Shown here: positions 25,673-37,211 of the stretch, one piece after another | How the letters are laid out: each line of letters begins with the position of its first letter | Numbering within the stretch: the first letter of the stretch is position 1 | NCBI GenBank assembly: GCA_017505705.1 | Contig: JAFVOS010000005.1 | Span: 29,493 to 93,492, forward strand | Reading direction: 5' to 3' | Length of the DNA: 64,000 nucleotides | Source of the DNA: Alphaproteobacteria bacterium | GTDB taxonomy: Bacteria; Pseudomonadota; Alphaproteobacteria; Rs-D84 | Translations under genes and position numbers: made by a program | Notes under the pieces: generated by a model | Databases searched by the model: none | What the model was told of the DNA's origin: nothing | What the model saw: the letters and a program-made list of their open reading frames with translations, nothing else

Positions 25673-26755
25673 CTATTCTTTTGTCTTTTCAATCGCATTT
25701 GCCAACGCATCTAATTTTTTCCAAAATTGATGGTTTGAATCTATAATATCATCAGTATAAACAAAAATTATTCTTTTGGCCGATAAAATATTCTGTATAT
25801 CTGTGTCATTTAATGGGTTGTTCCCATAATGAACAACCATTCCATTATCTGAAAAGCCAGAATTACACAACATATAATTATATTCGTTTGAATAAGAATC
25901 GCCAATTACAATTGTTTTGTCGTGCCATCTGTGCGTTGCTAACATAATCGGCTTATAAAAGCTTTTATCATTACGTTTTGTAAAAAACAAATTTTGTAAA
26001 TTTGTTAAATCTTGCTCTGCAAAATACGGTTTTGGCGAGCTTTCAACACCCAGCCATTTAACGGGTGCCCATTTAAAATATTTTGCAGATTCTTGGAGTG
26101 TCTTGCCTGCACCATAATAATTCCAATGTATTCCACCGATTGGGAATGGCTGATATTCACCTTCTTCACGCAGTTTTTCCATCAAAGGCTGACTGTTATA
26201 TACTGGGATGCCCAAATCCTTGATACCAGATGCCAATTGTTCATGAACAGGACATTTGCCCAGGAAATATTTATAGCGCATTGGCAAATAATCATAATAA
26301 GTCAACGCCTTGCTGGGGGCTAAAACAAAATATATTTTTATTCCATGCCTTTGAGCATAATTCTGTAATTTTTCTAATTTTTCAAAATTGGGGGTTGGCA
26401 AACAATTTTTTGATACAGACTTAAACAAATATTTACCAAATAGATATCTGTGTTTACCTTCTATTATATTATCAAAATAACCTTTGTGTATAAGGCCAAA
26501 ATTAGCCCAATCATAAATTTGATTTTTTGATTTTAACATAAACTTTCGAAATGCAAAATGTGAATTCCACCATCTTTCAAATTCTGGCTGAAACTTACGT
26601 TCTGCAAAAGATTTATCTTGTATACTTGGTAATTCACTGACTGATTCAGAACCGTATATAATCGAAGTATCTTTGACTCCAACCATATATGTCATTGGCA
26701 AAAACAATAAACAAAACAGGGCTAAAACAAAAAATTTTTTATATCCGTTTGCCAT
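25673..26755 (-). CDS. AlgJ/AlgX/DHHW-like partner of MBOAT (polysaccharide O-acetylation accessory protein)
   Basis: 360 aa with an N-terminal membrane anchor. Located immediately downstream of the MBOAT gene, as in AlgI-AlgJ and DltB-DltD pairs. Contains an HRWHD segment. Confidence 0.5.
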   Translation of the reverse strand: MANGYKKFFVLALFCLLFLPMTYMVGVKDTSIIYGSESVSELPSIQDKSFAERKFQPEFERWWNSHFAFRKFMLKSKNQIYDWANFGLIHKGYFDNIIEGKHRYLFGKYLFKSVSKNCLPTPNFEKLEKLQNYAQRHGIKIYFVLAPSKALTYYDYLPMRYKYFLGKCPVHEQLASGIKDLGIPVYNSQPLMEKLREEGEYQPFPIGGIHWNYYGAGKTLQESAKYFKWAPVKWLGVESSPKPYFAEQDLTNLQNLFFTKRNDKSFYKPIMLATHRWHDKTIVIGDSYSNEYNYMLCNSGFSDNGMVVHYGNNPLNDTDIQNILSAKRIIFVYTDDIIDSNHQFWKKLDALANAIEKTKE

Positions 26756-26771
26756 CCTTTAACTCCCCATA

Positions 26772-28205
26772 TTAAAATCTGAAATATATAAACGGTGAAA
26801 ATGTTGATATCATCGCAAACATATAAACAACAACAAATAATACAATTAGCAACAAACTTTCTGTTTTAGAATAGCGAAACTTGTCATATTTTCCGTTAAA
26901 TATAGGATATGACAAAATAATACCAATCATCAAAATCAACAAATTACTGTATGTTAAAAAGTCTGTTGCAGTATAAAAACTATTTGTTGGAGCGTTTGGA
27001 TTGCCAGTAAACATTATTTTTAAATAATCTTTGGCATAAGACAAACTATCTGCACGGAAAAACACCCAACCGACCATAACAACCAACCATGTGTACATGT
27101 TTAATACAATATCACCAAGTTTTACCTTTGGTAAATGCCAATGCTGCACCTTGTCGAGCCAACGACCCCACACACCACGTTCCAAGACAAGCCAGGTCCC
27201 ATGGTAAAGGCCCCAGACAATAAAACTCCAGGTTGCACCATGCCACAAACCACACAGCCCAAAAACAATATACAAATTCAAATATGTACGCCATTTACCT
27301 TTTCTGTTACCACCAAGCGGGATATAAAGATAATCCCTGAACCATGAAGACAACGAAATGTGCCACCTGCGCCAAAAATCTCTGATACTATTGGCACAAT
27401 ATGGATAATTAAAGTTTTCCAGAAATCTAAAATTAAATATGCGCCCTAAGCCAATTGCCATATCTGAATATCCACTGAAATCAAAAAATATTTGCAACGT
27501 ATAGGCTACAATACCAACCCATGCAAACAATGTGGGTATTGAGGCAACCGCACTGCCAAAAATTTTATCTGCAATAAAAGCCATTTGATCTGCAATCAAG
27601 ACTTTTTTAGCCAAACCAATGACAAAACGTCTGGCACCAATAAATATATTATCCAAACTCGTTTTTCTGTTATGCAAATCTTCTTCTATGGTCTGATACC
27701 GAACAATAGGCCCGGCAATTAACTGCGGAAACAATGAAACATATGTAGCCAAACTTGCAAAACTTTTTTGCGCAGGAACCTGTTTTCTGTACACATCAAT
27801 TAAATAAGACATTATCTGGAAAACATAAAAAGAAATACCAATTGGCAATGCAATTTGTGGAATTGTCGCAGGTGCAAAATTTAATGTTTCTAAAACTAAA
27901 TTCATATTACCCAGGAAAAACATCCAATATTTATAAAAGAATAATGCAGATAAATTTAAAACTATACCTGATACCAGCAACCACTTTCTTTTTTTGCCAT
28001 CATTTTTTTCTAATAAAATGCCAATCCCCCACGAGATCGCAATAAGACCAAGCATTACAAGCACAGCCTTTGGTTCCCCCCATGCATAGAAGAACAAACT
28101 GGCTATTAGTAAAACCCAATTGCGCAATCTTTCCTGAGCCAAGAAATACAACCCCAAAGTTGTGGGTAAAAAAAACGCTAAAAACAATGCTGATGAAAAG
28201 ACCAT
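26772..28205 (-). CDS. MBOAT-family membrane-bound O-acyltransferase (AlgI/DltB-like)
   Basis: 477 aa, polytopic. Characteristic MBOAT region including the conserved His in …GLCGLWHGATWSFIVWGLYHG…. Confidence 0.8.
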   Translation of the reverse strand: MVFSSALFLAFFLPTTLGLYFLAQERLRNWVLLIASLFFYAWGEPKAVLVMLGLIAISWGIGILLEKNDGKKRKWLLVSGIVLNLSALFFYKYWMFFLGNMNLVLETLNFAPATIPQIALPIGISFYVFQIMSYLIDVYRKQVPAQKSFASLATYVSLFPQLIAGPIVRYQTIEEDLHNRKTSLDNIFIGARRFVIGLAKKVLIADQMAFIADKIFGSAVASIPTLFAWVGIVAYTLQIFFDFSGYSDMAIGLGRIFNFRFLENFNYPYCANSIRDFWRRWHISLSSWFRDYLYIPLGGNRKGKWRTYLNLYIVFGLCGLWHGATWSFIVWGLYHGTWLVLERGVWGRWLDKVQHWHLPKVKLGDIVLNMYTWLVVMVGWVFFRADSLSYAKDYLKIMFTGNPNAPTNSFYTATDFLTYSNLLILMIGIILSYPIFNGKYDKFRYSKTESLLLIVLFVVVYMFAMISTFSPFIYFRF

Positions 28206-28223
28206 TTTTCCTATATCTTGTTA

Positions 28224-29132
28224 TTAATACTGTTTTACCATTTCTGATAAAATTGCATAAACAGGCTTTGTTTTGAATTCGTTATTAATAAACGCATTGC
28301 ATTTTGTTGGATCGCCAACCAAGCGCATAATTTCATTTTTACGTACAAATTCTGGGTTTACACTGATTTTTGGTGAATATTTAGTAATGTCTTGCAACAT
28401 CCCAAGAATATCATTCCCAGTCGTACCATGCCCTGCACACAAATTCAGCACACGTGGTTCAACATTTGGTTGCAGCGCCAATTTACAGAAGAACTTGGCA
28501 GCAAATTCAATATCAACAAAGTCACGAAATGTGTTCATATTGCCAATTTGCAATTCTGGTTGTTTTGATGCAAACGCCTTGACCAGTTTCGGTATAAGGA
28601 AACTTTCGTTTTGACCAACACCAATCATATTAAACGGACGAACTATCCTTATATCCAGTTTATCCGTATAATTTTTAGAAATATATTCCATAACCATTTT
28701 AGAGAAAGAATAATGATTTGCCGGATTATAGGGAGTTTCTTCGGTATCAAAATCAACCCCAGAATTACCATAAACCCCCGCAGTAGATGTCAAAATAACA
28801 CGTGTTCCGTTATCACACACATCATATAAAGCATCTAATAAATTTTCAGAACCATGAACATTAATGTCATACAATTCACCAACATTGCCATAAACGACAT
28901 TTGCTATTGCGGCCAAATGAATAACCGTACTTGGTTTAAATTCAGAAACCGTTTTCTTCAAATTTTCTTTATCCAGTAAATTTACGGTTCTAATAGATAC
29001 GTTTTCACCAAAAGAAGAATTGATATTACGATCAAAACCCATAATTTTAATATCTTTGTTGGTTAATAATTCTTTGGTTATATGACGACCAACAAATCCA
29101 TTTATTCCTGTAATTAATATACGTGCTGACAT
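28224..29132 (-). CDS. NAD-dependent epimerase/dehydratase family protein, possibly GDP-4-dehydro-6-deoxy-D-mannose reductase (Rmd-like)
   Basis: 302 aa extended SDR. GxxGxxG motif at the N-terminus (ITGINGFVGRH) and YxxxK (YSFSKMV). Adjacent to the gmd cluster. Confidence 0.65.
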   Translation of the reverse strand: MSARILITGINGFVGRHITKELLTNKDIKIMGFDRNINSSFGENVSIRTVNLLDKENLKKTVSEFKPSTVIHLAAIANVVYGNVGELYDINVHGSENLLDALYDVCDNGTRVILTSTAGVYGNSGVDFDTEETPYNPANHYSFSKMVMEYISKNYTDKLDIRIVRPFNMIGVGQNESFLIPKLVKAFASKQPELQIGNMNTFRDFVDIEFAAKFFCKLALQPNVEPRVLNLCAGHGTTGNDILGMLQDITKYSPKISVNPEFVRKNEIMRLVGDPTKCNAFINNEFKTKPVYAILSEMVKQY

Positions 29133-29134
29133 TT

Positions 29135-31618
29135 TTAATTCTCCATAAGTTTGTGTAATACATCATTAATATTTTTGGCACATTCTTCCCATGTGGTGTT
29201 ATGCCATTTCTTTTTAATTGCGGCTTCACGTTGTTTTAACGCCCGGGTATTTGTGTAATAGAACATTATCTTTTCTGCCCATTCAACCGGGTCGTATGGG
29301 TTGGCATAATCTATGATGTCCCCACCAATTTCTAGCAGTGACGGCGTGTCAGATGCCAAACAGAATTTACCATAATTTAAACTTTCTGGTAATGTTAAGG
29401 ACCAACCCTCATAGAAAGATGGCAAACATGTGAAAATACAATTTTGATATAAAATATCTAATTCATCATCTGTCGGCGTTATCAACATAACCTTGTTGCG
29501 TATACGATTGTCAACATCAATAACATGTCGAAAATGTTCTGTTTTCCACCCTGGGTGTCCACATATAACAATTTGTGGCAATTTTTCATATTTTTTAGCG
29601 CTACGCTGTAATTCAAGATATGCTTCGTACAAGACTTCTTGATTTTTGCGTGCCTCAATAGTGCCGACCGACAAAATAAAGTCGCCAGTTATTCCATATT
29701 TTTTAAACACCGATTCTTTTTGTTTTTGTGTATATTTGTGCGAAACAATATCCGAACCCCATTTTAATGCGAATGACTTGCCTGTGGTTAGATTGTTATT
29801 TGTTTGATATTTTTCACCATCTTTCTGTGCAGTCTGCCCACCATAAAATATATAATCAGATAAGGCATACATTTTTTCAAGAAATTCTGGATATGCCTTA
29901 ACCCGTTCTTCTGGATGAGTATGTGGAACAGTTATTGGGGTTAAATCATATATTACGTTACAATACGTAAAACCAGTATTTTTATGATGCTTTATCAAAT
30001 TATCATAAGATGCATTATCATAACCAACCCCCGCTGACAAAACGACATCGCCTTTCTTAAATGGCAAAACGTTTTTAGTCGTATACCCCCGTATAGATTC
30101 TCGTGTTTTTACGACCGCCTTGTCTAAACTTTCTTTGCCTAGCAAACAAGATAGTTGTTTATGAGATAATTCACAATAAACCCCTTGGTTCATCCAAAAA
30201 TATTTTATGTTTTGATTGTATTTGTGTAAATGTCTAGCTAATAACATCTGAGTACGTGGAATTCCAGACAAACCTGCACTATACCACAAAAGGCTGATAT
30301 CATAATAAAGTGTTGGCACATTATTCGTTACCTGTTCTTCATTAAATTCCTTATCACGAACGGATACCAAGCTGTCATACAAACTCTGTGTAGATTCTTT
30401 CCATGAAATGGGTTTAAAATTTGTAGTAACTTTTTGTTCCCATTCGGCAATCTTGTCTGGATTATTCATAAACTTTTCTATAGCATCTGCCCAGTCTTTC
30501 GCATGCTCTGGGTTAATAAAATAAGCACAATCGTTGCCAACTTCCCTTAATGGTGGGGTATCAGACGTCAAACACAATTTGCCATACTGTAATGTCTCAA
30601 GCAAAACAACGCTGTACCCTTCATATAATGATGGCAATACAGCAAACGTACAATTATTATAAAGTGCATTTAATTCTTCATCGCTGCACCCCATGATTTT
30701 TACATAATCTTTGGTTAATAAATTGTTCAACATATTGTCTTGCAATTCATTATTGGCTAATTTTCTGCCCACAATCACAAGTTGCGGAATGTTTTTTGCA
30801 CCACGCTGTTTTAACTGGCAATATGCTTGGTATAAGATTTTATAATTCTTTTTATGATCAAAAGAACCAATTGCTAAAATATATGGTTTCTTTACACCAA
30901 GTGATTCTAAAACTTCATCTGCGTCACGCTTAAAAAGCTGATTTTTCGTATCACCGCCATATTTCAACCAATGACCTTCGGGAATATTTAAATCTTTTTC
31001 TTTGAAATATTTTTCGCTGTCTATTTGTGCAGTATGACCACAATAAACAGCCGCACAACAGTTCGTGGAAATCCAATACAAATATTCGTCAAATAAAGAA
31101 TCCGCAGGAAAATAGAGATGACGTAAATTATCCTTAATCATAACCAAATCATAAATCGTATAAACCAATTTAAAATCTTGTAATCTGCTTCTTATTCGTG
31201 AATAAAACTCCTCTTTTCTGGTTCCAAACCAACCACACGAATATACAACATCGCCATCACTATATGGATATGTTAGATATCTGTTTCTTGAGATATTACG
31301 TGGTTTTAAATAATGACGTTTGAACCGGAATATTTCCCATGCCAATTTTTTACAGATTTTATCATATATGCGATTACAAGTCTGTGACTTGCGTTTTTGA
31401 TATTTTCTGTAATCGTCATTTATATTTTGTGATTTGAATAACCATCTCAATTCAGATTTTTTAACTTCACGAAAGCCATAATCTGTCAAGACGGAAAAAC
31501 GTATGGATGGATCAATTTCATGCAAATTTTTTGCCCGCATCAATTCTGCACGAACAATACCAACCACATTACCCTTGTGTTGTGTAAGACTGTTTGTTAA
31601 ATCCATCCATATTGTCAT
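29135..31618 (-). CDS. tandem two-domain GT4-family glycosyltransferase (WbdA-like architecture)
   Basis: 827 aa with two repeated GT4-like halves (…SDTPPLREVGNDCAYFINP… and …SDTPSLLEIGGDIIDYANP…). Confidence 0.7.
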   Translation of the reverse strand: MTIWMDLTNSLTQHKGNVVGIVRAELMRAKNLHEIDPSIRFSVLTDYGFREVKKSELRWLFKSQNINDDYRKYQKRKSQTCNRIYDKICKKLAWEIFRFKRHYLKPRNISRNRYLTYPYSDGDVVYSCGWFGTRKEEFYSRIRSRLQDFKLVYTIYDLVMIKDNLRHLYFPADSLFDEYLYWISTNCCAAVYCGHTAQIDSEKYFKEKDLNIPEGHWLKYGGDTKNQLFKRDADEVLESLGVKKPYILAIGSFDHKKNYKILYQAYCQLKQRGAKNIPQLVIVGRKLANNELQDNMLNNLLTKDYVKIMGCSDEELNALYNNCTFAVLPSLYEGYSVVLLETLQYGKLCLTSDTPPLREVGNDCAYFINPEHAKDWADAIEKFMNNPDKIAEWEQKVTTNFKPISWKESTQSLYDSLVSVRDKEFNEEQVTNNVPTLYYDISLLWYSAGLSGIPRTQMLLARHLHKYNQNIKYFWMNQGVYCELSHKQLSCLLGKESLDKAVVKTRESIRGYTTKNVLPFKKGDVVLSAGVGYDNASYDNLIKHHKNTGFTYCNVIYDLTPITVPHTHPEERVKAYPEFLEKMYALSDYIFYGGQTAQKDGEKYQTNNNLTTGKSFALKWGSDIVSHKYTQKQKESVFKKYGITGDFILSVGTIEARKNQEVLYEAYLELQRSAKKYEKLPQIVICGHPGWKTEHFRHVIDVDNRIRNKVMLITPTDDELDILYQNCIFTCLPSFYEGWSLTLPESLNYGKFCLASDTPSLLEIGGDIIDYANPYDPVEWAEKIMFYYTNTRALKQREAAIKKKWHNTTWEECAKNINDVLHKLMEN

Positions 31619-31619
31619 A

Positions 31620-32678
31620 TTATTTCACCTTTGCGTTCAATTGTTTCAACATCAATTCCTGTTGTGCCAATTTTAAATCTTCGCAAACCATTTCTTTTGC
31701 CAAAGATTTCCAGTCGTATGTTGGTTTCCACCCCAGTTCTGTTTTGGCTTTGGTTGGATCACCCAATAATAAATCAACTTCGGCAGGGCGGAAGAATTGT
31801 GGATCAACCGCAACAACAGTTTTTCCAGTTGCCTTATCAATTGCGTGTTCTTTAACACCTGTGCCAGACCATTCCAGGTCAAAGCCTGCTTCGGCAAATG
31901 CAACCTTTACAAAATCACGAATTGACGTTGTGACACCTGTTGCCAAAACATAATCAGACGGTTTGTCTGCCTGTAAAATGCGCCACATACCTTCGACATA
32001 ATCTTTGGCATGGCCCCAATCACGCTTAGAGTCCATATTGCCCAGATATAAACAATCTTGCAAACCTTGTTTGATACGTGCGGCCGCTAATGTGATTTTG
32101 CGTGTCACGAAATTATCACCACGACGTGGGCTTTCGTGATTAAATAAAATACCATTGCATGCAAACATATCGTATGATTCACGATAATTTACAGTAATCC
32201 AATACCCATATAATTTTGCAACACCGTACGGTGAACGTGGGTAAAATGGTGTTTTTTCAGATTGAATTGGCTCTTGAATTAAACCGAATAATTCAGAAGT
32301 GGAAGCTTGATAAAAACGAGTTTTTTTATCCAGACCATTTGTATGAATTGCTTCCAACAATCTTAACACACCTATTGCGTCTGACTCTGCGGTAAATTCA
32401 GGACAATCCCAAGAAATTTTAACATGACTTTGTGCAGCCAGATTGTATATTTCGTCTGGTTGTATTTCGCGAACTAATCTATTTAAATTCGTAGAATCTG
32501 TCATATCACCATAATGCAAATGAAGTTTATTTTTAATATGGTCAATACGTCCAGTATTCGGCGATGCAGAACGACGAATAATACCATGGACGCTATAACC
32601 CTTTTCCAACAGTAATTCCGCCAAGTAAGATCCGTCTTGACCTGTGATACCCGTAATCAATGCAACCTTATTTGTCAT
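31620..32678 (-). CDS. gmd: GDP-mannose 4,6-dehydratase
   Basis: 352 aa. N-terminus [39 protein letters not shown] is a typical GMD start. Full-length similarity to Gmd. Confidence 0.9.
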   Translation of the reverse strand: MTNKVALITGITGQDGSYLAELLLEKGYSVHGIIRRSASPNTGRIDHIKNKLHLHYGDMTDSTNLNRLVREIQPDEIYNLAAQSHVKISWDCPEFTAESDAIGVLRLLEAIHTNGLDKKTRFYQASTSELFGLIQEPIQSEKTPFYPRSPYGVAKLYGYWITVNYRESYDMFACNGILFNHESPRRGDNFVTRKITLAAARIKQGLQDCLYLGNMDSKRDWGHAKDYVEGMWRILQADKPSDYVLATGVTTSIRDFVKVAFAEAGFDLEWSGTGVKEHAIDKATGKTVVAVDPQFFRPAEVDLLLGDPTKAKTELGWKPTYDWKSLAKEMVCEDLKLAQQELMLKQLNAKVK

Positions 32679-32697
32679 GTTTTTTTTTCCTTTTTTT

Positions 32698-33132
32698 TTA
32701 TTTGTTATTCCATTTGTTTAAAATCCAAGATGATGAATTTGCCTTGTTTTCACCACCAACACCAAAAACAATCTCTACTCCACATTCTGCACATGTTGGC
32801 ATTTCCGGTATATTATCTTTTGTTCTGTCACCACCGTTGGCAAAAATCAATTCTGCATCCGGATATTTTTGGCGCACCTTTCTTATGCCATCGCATGCAC
32901 TGTTGTCTGAATCATCAAATTCAATAACATCAATTACACCCTTGATATTTTCCAGTATTGCACGACGCGTGGATATTGAATAAAAATTTTTGCCTTTCTT
33001 GCGACACAACCAATCATCAGAATTAGCCAATACGATAACCCCATCTGAAAACTTTGCAGATTCAACAATCATTGCAATGTGACCTTCGTGAATTGGATCA
33101 AATCCACCTGAAACTATACAATATCTCGCCAT
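32698..33132 (-). CDS. cytidylyltransferase-like nucleotidyltransferase (HxGH motif)
   Basis: 144 aa. [12 protein letters not shown] motif of the cytidylyltransferase/RfaE domain II family. Confidence 0.6.
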   Translation of the reverse strand: MARYCIVSGGFDPIHEGHIAMIVESAKFSDGVIVLANSDDWLCRKKGKNFYSISTRRAILENIKGVIDVIEFDDSDNSACDGIRKVRQKYPDAELIFANGGDRTKDNIPEMPTCAECGVEIVFGVGGENKANSSSWILNKWNNK

Positions 33133-33512
33133 TATCTATCCTTTCTTGTTGTACGATTATAAATATCTTCTAAACGAATAATATCATTTTCATCCAATAT
33201 ATCGCCCATTTGGATTTCAACAACCTCTGCGATATTATCAGTTAAATTTTCCAATCTGTGCTTAGTTTTTACAGGAATATCAACAGATTGCCCATATTGA
33301 TATTCTCTGACATTATTACCAACAGTGATTGTCGGCGTTCCTTTTACAACAGTCCAATGTTCACTACGATATTCATGCATTTGCAAGGATAGTGACTGAT
33401 GCGGATTAACCGTTATAACCTTTGCGATATATTTGTCACCGACCGCTATACATTTCCATGTTCCCCATGGACGATTTCCTGTTTCGTTTAAATGATATTC
33501 TATATTCGCCAT
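33132..33512 (-). CDS. mannose-6-phosphate isomerase type II / ManC C-terminal-like cupin protein
   Basis: 126 aa. Aligns along its length with the C-terminal cupin of ManC: RPWG…SLQMH.YRSEHW.VV.GT…RLEN…E.QMG…EDDIIRLED.Y.R. Confidence 0.7.
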   Translation of the reverse strand: MANIEYHLNETGNRPWGTWKCIAVGDKYIAKVITVNPHQSLSLQMHEYRSEHWTVVKGTPTITVGNNVREYQYGQSVDIPVKTKHRLENLTDNIAEVVEIQMGDILDENDIIRLEDIYNRTTRKDR

Positions 33513-34769
33513 TTAGAAACCTTTATTAATACCATCTATGATAATATCTGCTGTGTTTTTCCAACTGAATTCTTTAGAACGTTTTAAACCAGCATCTGCC
33601 ATTTTTTGGCGATATTTTTTATCTGTATAGTATTTTTCATATGCTGATATATGTTGTTCATCACTGTCCCAATCTATCATTATTGCTGCGTCACCGACCA
33701 CTTCTGGCAAGGATGAATTATTAGATGTAATTACTGGACAGCCGCATTTCATCGCTTCCAATGGTGGCAAGCCAAATCCTTCATACTGCGATGTGTAAAC
33801 AAACCATTCTGCCCCAGAATACAAAGCGGACAAATCTTCGTCATCAATATAACCAGCGCGTATAATCTTATCTTTGTATTTACCTAAATCCTTGATTTCT
33901 GATTCTAATTTACCAATAAATTCATCCCAATGTGCCCCACCAAGAACAAAAACCATATCATCTATTTTATTTTTCTTGATAAATTCAATAAATGTTTTTA
34001 CTGCACGAATTAAATTTTTACGGGGTTCCAAAGTGCAAAGTGAAAACACATATTTTTTATTTGTTGGAACATTGTATTTTTTACGGATTTTTGCGATTTT
34101 TTTAGCATCTGTTTCTGGATAAAAGTTATCACTTGCTGCCAAAGGGATAACCATAATGTCACCCTGGCTCATATCTAATAATTTGATAAAATCTATTTTT
34201 GTGGATTCAGAAATTGAAAAATACTTACATTCAGTATTTTTTGATTTTATGTAATTAATTAAATGTGTATACCAATATTTACCAGTATTCATTTCAGGAT
34301 AATATTCTGGAAACAACAAAGGAATTGCATCGTATAATAAAATATATTTATGTTTTGCTTTTATTTTTTTATCAAAACTTCTAAATGTTGAAAAAGCAAT
34401 ATCAAATTTTGGCAGTTTTGATACTTTTCCAATAAATTTTACAGGTTTCCTTAGAAATACATTTAATAACAATTTTAAAATATTGTGTTTCTTTGTGCGC
34501 AATTCGCCATCCAATACAGATAATTTTTTTAATAATTTACTGTATTTATTACCCAAGCAAATAGGTATTTCACCAAAATTATCGTGCACAAAATTTACAA
34601 AATTTTCATCTGTTTCGGTACTGCAATACAATGATATGTCAAATGCATCAGATTTTATCAGATTTTTTAATATATTATATGTTGTAAAATAAATCCCAGA
34701 GCGTCCACGACCGCTGTGTAAATTTTCTGCAATAACCGAGGCATCAAAAAGCAAATTTTTCTTTTTCAC
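33513..34769 (-). CDS. GT4-family glycosyltransferase
   Basis: 418 aa. C-terminal [31 protein letters not shown] is typical of glycosyl transferase group 1. Confidence 0.8.
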   Translation of the reverse strand: MKKKNLLFDASVIAENLHSGRGRSGIYFTTYNILKNLIKSDAFDISLYCSTETDENFVNFVHDNFGEIPICLGNKYSKLLKKLSVLDGELRTKKHNILKLLLNVFLRKPVKFIGKVSKLPKFDIAFSTFRSFDKKIKAKHKYILLYDAIPLLFPEYYPEMNTGKYWYTHLINYIKSKNTECKYFSISESTKIDFIKLLDMSQGDIMVIPLAASDNFYPETDAKKIAKIRKKYNVPTNKKYVFSLCTLEPRKNLIRAVKTFIEFIKKNKIDDMVFVLGGAHWDEFIGKLESEIKDLGKYKDKIIRAGYIDDEDLSALYSGAEWFVYTSQYEGFGLPPLEAMKCGCPVITSNNSSLPEVVGDAAIMIDWDSDEQHISAYEKYYTDKKYRQKMADAGLKRSKEFSWKNTADIIIDGINKGF

Positions 34770-34778
34770 AGCATTACC

Positions 34779-35888
34779 TTATTTTTCAAATTCACTTTTG
34801 CTTGGAAATTTTGTTTCAAAAAATGTTTTATTATGTTTGTATGTCAAATCAGAATTATAAACACTGTCGTTGATACAAACGATTGGTGCATGGCAAGATA
34901 AAACCTTGGCTTCAATTGCGTCATGACAGAAAAACACAGATTTTTTGATAGATCTGCAATTTATCAGATTGTATAAAAAATCCAATATAATATTATGTCC
35001 AACATGTTTAGAATGTGAAACGATAATATCTGCACGTTTTGTTACAACATCGTATAAGTTAAATATTAAACGATGAACATCCGTTTCATCACGAAAAGTG
35101 TGATATTTTGTTGCGTTTATATATTGCGATAATACCGGATGTTCACAACATTCAATTACAGAAGATTTTATATATGGATCAATACCATGTGAAGATTTAA
35201 ACCCATAAAGATCGACATTAAAAGCTTTTTCAATTGCACGTGCAGAATTTATCAATAATGTCAGATAAATGCTTTTGCTGTCCCTTGGAACACGACCGTT
35301 TTTACGATAAATACAACGAAATTTCGCACGACCATTTTTATCAAAGAAGTATTCAGGTTTAACAGGTTTGTTAAAAAACATATCATCATTAGATAATAAA
35401 AAATGTTCCGACAGTCCCGGAATATTTGCCAAACACATTTCAACCGCACCAGAATTAAATATGTGTTCTGTGTCTTGTGGCAAAATAGATTCTTGGGGGA
35501 CAACAGTTATTTTTTTATGTTTTGTATTCAACCAAGATGGGATTTGACCAAAACCTGTCACAATATATATATGATTTATCCATGGCGCATATTTTTCAAC
35601 AGATCGTAAAGAATACATCAATTCATTATTGTCTTGAAAAATTTGACTTCGAACATCATCAATATATTTTTCTGTGTCTTTTGTCTTTTTTTTCAGATAA
35701 CTATCTTTTATTGCACAAAATTCTTTATCCTTGCCATCAACCCACAAGTAAACAATATCTATTGGAAAGTTTTGTTTTTTTGGTCGCAAACCAGACACAT
35801 CCGGACGTTTACCAAAAGAAATAAATTTATCTACGATCATTTCCTGCTTCTTTGCAAACAAAGTAATAATGTGCTGCGCTTTATACAT
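34779..35888 (-). CDS. Stealth-family (capsule hexose-1-phosphate transferase-like) protein
   Basis: 369 aa. Stealth CR1-like PIDIVYLWVDGKD, CR2-like MYSLRSVEKYAPWINHIYIVT, and later FLLSNDDMFF. First gene of the minus-strand polysaccharide locus. Confidence 0.7.
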   Translation of the reverse strand: MYKAQHIITLFAKKQEMIVDKFISFGKRPDVSGLRPKKQNFPIDIVYLWVDGKDKEFCAIKDSYLKKKTKDTEKYIDDVRSQIFQDNNELMYSLRSVEKYAPWINHIYIVTGFGQIPSWLNTKHKKITVVPQESILPQDTEHIFNSGAVEMCLANIPGLSEHFLLSNDDMFFNKPVKPEYFFDKNGRAKFRCIYRKNGRVPRDSKSIYLTLLINSARAIEKAFNVDLYGFKSSHGIDPYIKSSVIECCEHPVLSQYINATKYHTFRDETDVHRLIFNLYDVVTKRADIIVSHSKHVGHNIILDFLYNLINCRSIKKSVFFCHDAIEAKVLSCHAPIVCINDSVYNSDLTYKHNKTFFETKFPSKSEFEK

Positions 35889-36275
35889 CCCGAAGAAAAA
35901 TCTCCTGATGTATCATGAGTTAGAAGCATAAAACAAACCGACTGTAAAATCAACCACTTTATTCTTAGCCAGAAATACAATAAAAACTGAAAACAAATAA
36001 AATAAAAAGCCTACAAATCTAAGGTTTTTAATTAAGAATCAGATTCTTTTTCAATAAGGCGGACAGTATATATAACAATTATCCTATTAAATTGAAGTAA
36101 TTTAATGGTTTTGATTGTGCGACATCAAATAAGCAGGCATGCGAACAAACAAAACATATACACAACGATATTTTGTAAAAATAACTGGGTGTATATTCTT
36201 GTGCAAAAACTGCTTCTAAAATTCATTTTTTTTCACAGCAATTTGTGATATAATTAGATAGCGCAAAAGAGAGAT

Positions 36276-37211
36276 ATGAAACGTTTTATACCATTTTTAT
36301 TCACATTATTGGTAATGCCTGCGATTGCAGACACCCAGATGCTGACCGATGCGTTGCGGGCGACATATACTGCGTGCATCGGAATTGATGAAGAATTGAC
36401 AGACCTTAAAAAGATGGCTGGGATTAACACCGCCATTACAGCCGTTGGTACGGCGACTGGGGCGGGCGCAACAGTTGTGGGTGTGGTAAAAACAGCAAAA
36501 GATAAAAAAGCCGAAACACTGGAAGCTATTCTGAAAGAAATTGGAGAAAAGTCTAAAAATCACCAGGAAATGACCGACACAGAAATTTCTGTATTTATGT
36601 CTGAATTTAATTCGGCGTATCAAACCATTCTGACAAGCGAAGATGAAATAGAATCTGAACTTGATAAAACAATCAAGCAATCAAAATCCCTGGGGAATTG
36701 GCGAACAGGATTAATGGCGGGCAGCACCGCAACAAATGTTGCCGGCGCAATTATTGCCAGCACCAACAAGGTTGACGAAGATCTTGAAACACAAATTAAG
36801 GCCTGTGTTAAATCTGTAAACAATCTGCGCAGCGCAATAATGCAAGCACGAATGGATGGAACCGACATTTCAGAAGCACAATCAATCGCAACCACATGTG
36901 GCGAATTTGAATATGCAGATCTAAGCAAAATAAACAAGCGTGCCCAGGGTGCAACAATTTCATCAGGAATCGGTGCAGCAACTGGTTTGGCTGGGACAAT
37001 AACATCTGCATCTGCCAACAGTGACGCTGCACGTGATGACAATACCGAATCCGGCAAAAAGCGCGAGAAAAATCTAAATACAGCATCAAATATTTTAGCC
37101 GGAACAACAACTGTGGCGGGGGCGACTGCAACAGCGTTCAACGCAACACAAATCAAGGCAATTAAGCAGGTTGCCCAGATTGCAGCAAATTGTACAGAGG
37201 TGTTGAAATGA
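36276..37211 (+). CDS. secreted Gly/Ala/Thr-rich protein (hypothetical)
   Basis: 311 aa with a signal peptide (MKRFIPFLFTLLVMPAIA). Repeated GxxxG/A-rich amphipathic segments (TAVGTATGAGATVVGVV, ISSGIGAATGLAGTITSASAN, ILAGTTTVAGATATAF). Its stop overlaps the start of the next gene. Confidence 0.55.
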   Translation: MKRFIPFLFTLLVMPAIADTQMLTDALRATYTACIGIDEELTDLKKMAGINTAITAVGTATGAGATVVGVVKTAKDKKAETLEAILKEIGEKSKNHQEMTDTEISVFMSEFNSAYQTILTSEDEIESELDKTIKQSKSLGNWRTGLMAGSTATNVAGAIIASTNKVDEDLETQIKACVKSVNNLRSAIMQARMDGTDISEAQSIATTCGEFEYADLSKINKRAQGATISSGIGAATGLAGTITSASANSDAARDDNTESGKKREKNLNTASNILAGTTTVAGATATAFNATQIKAIKQVAQIAANCTEVLK

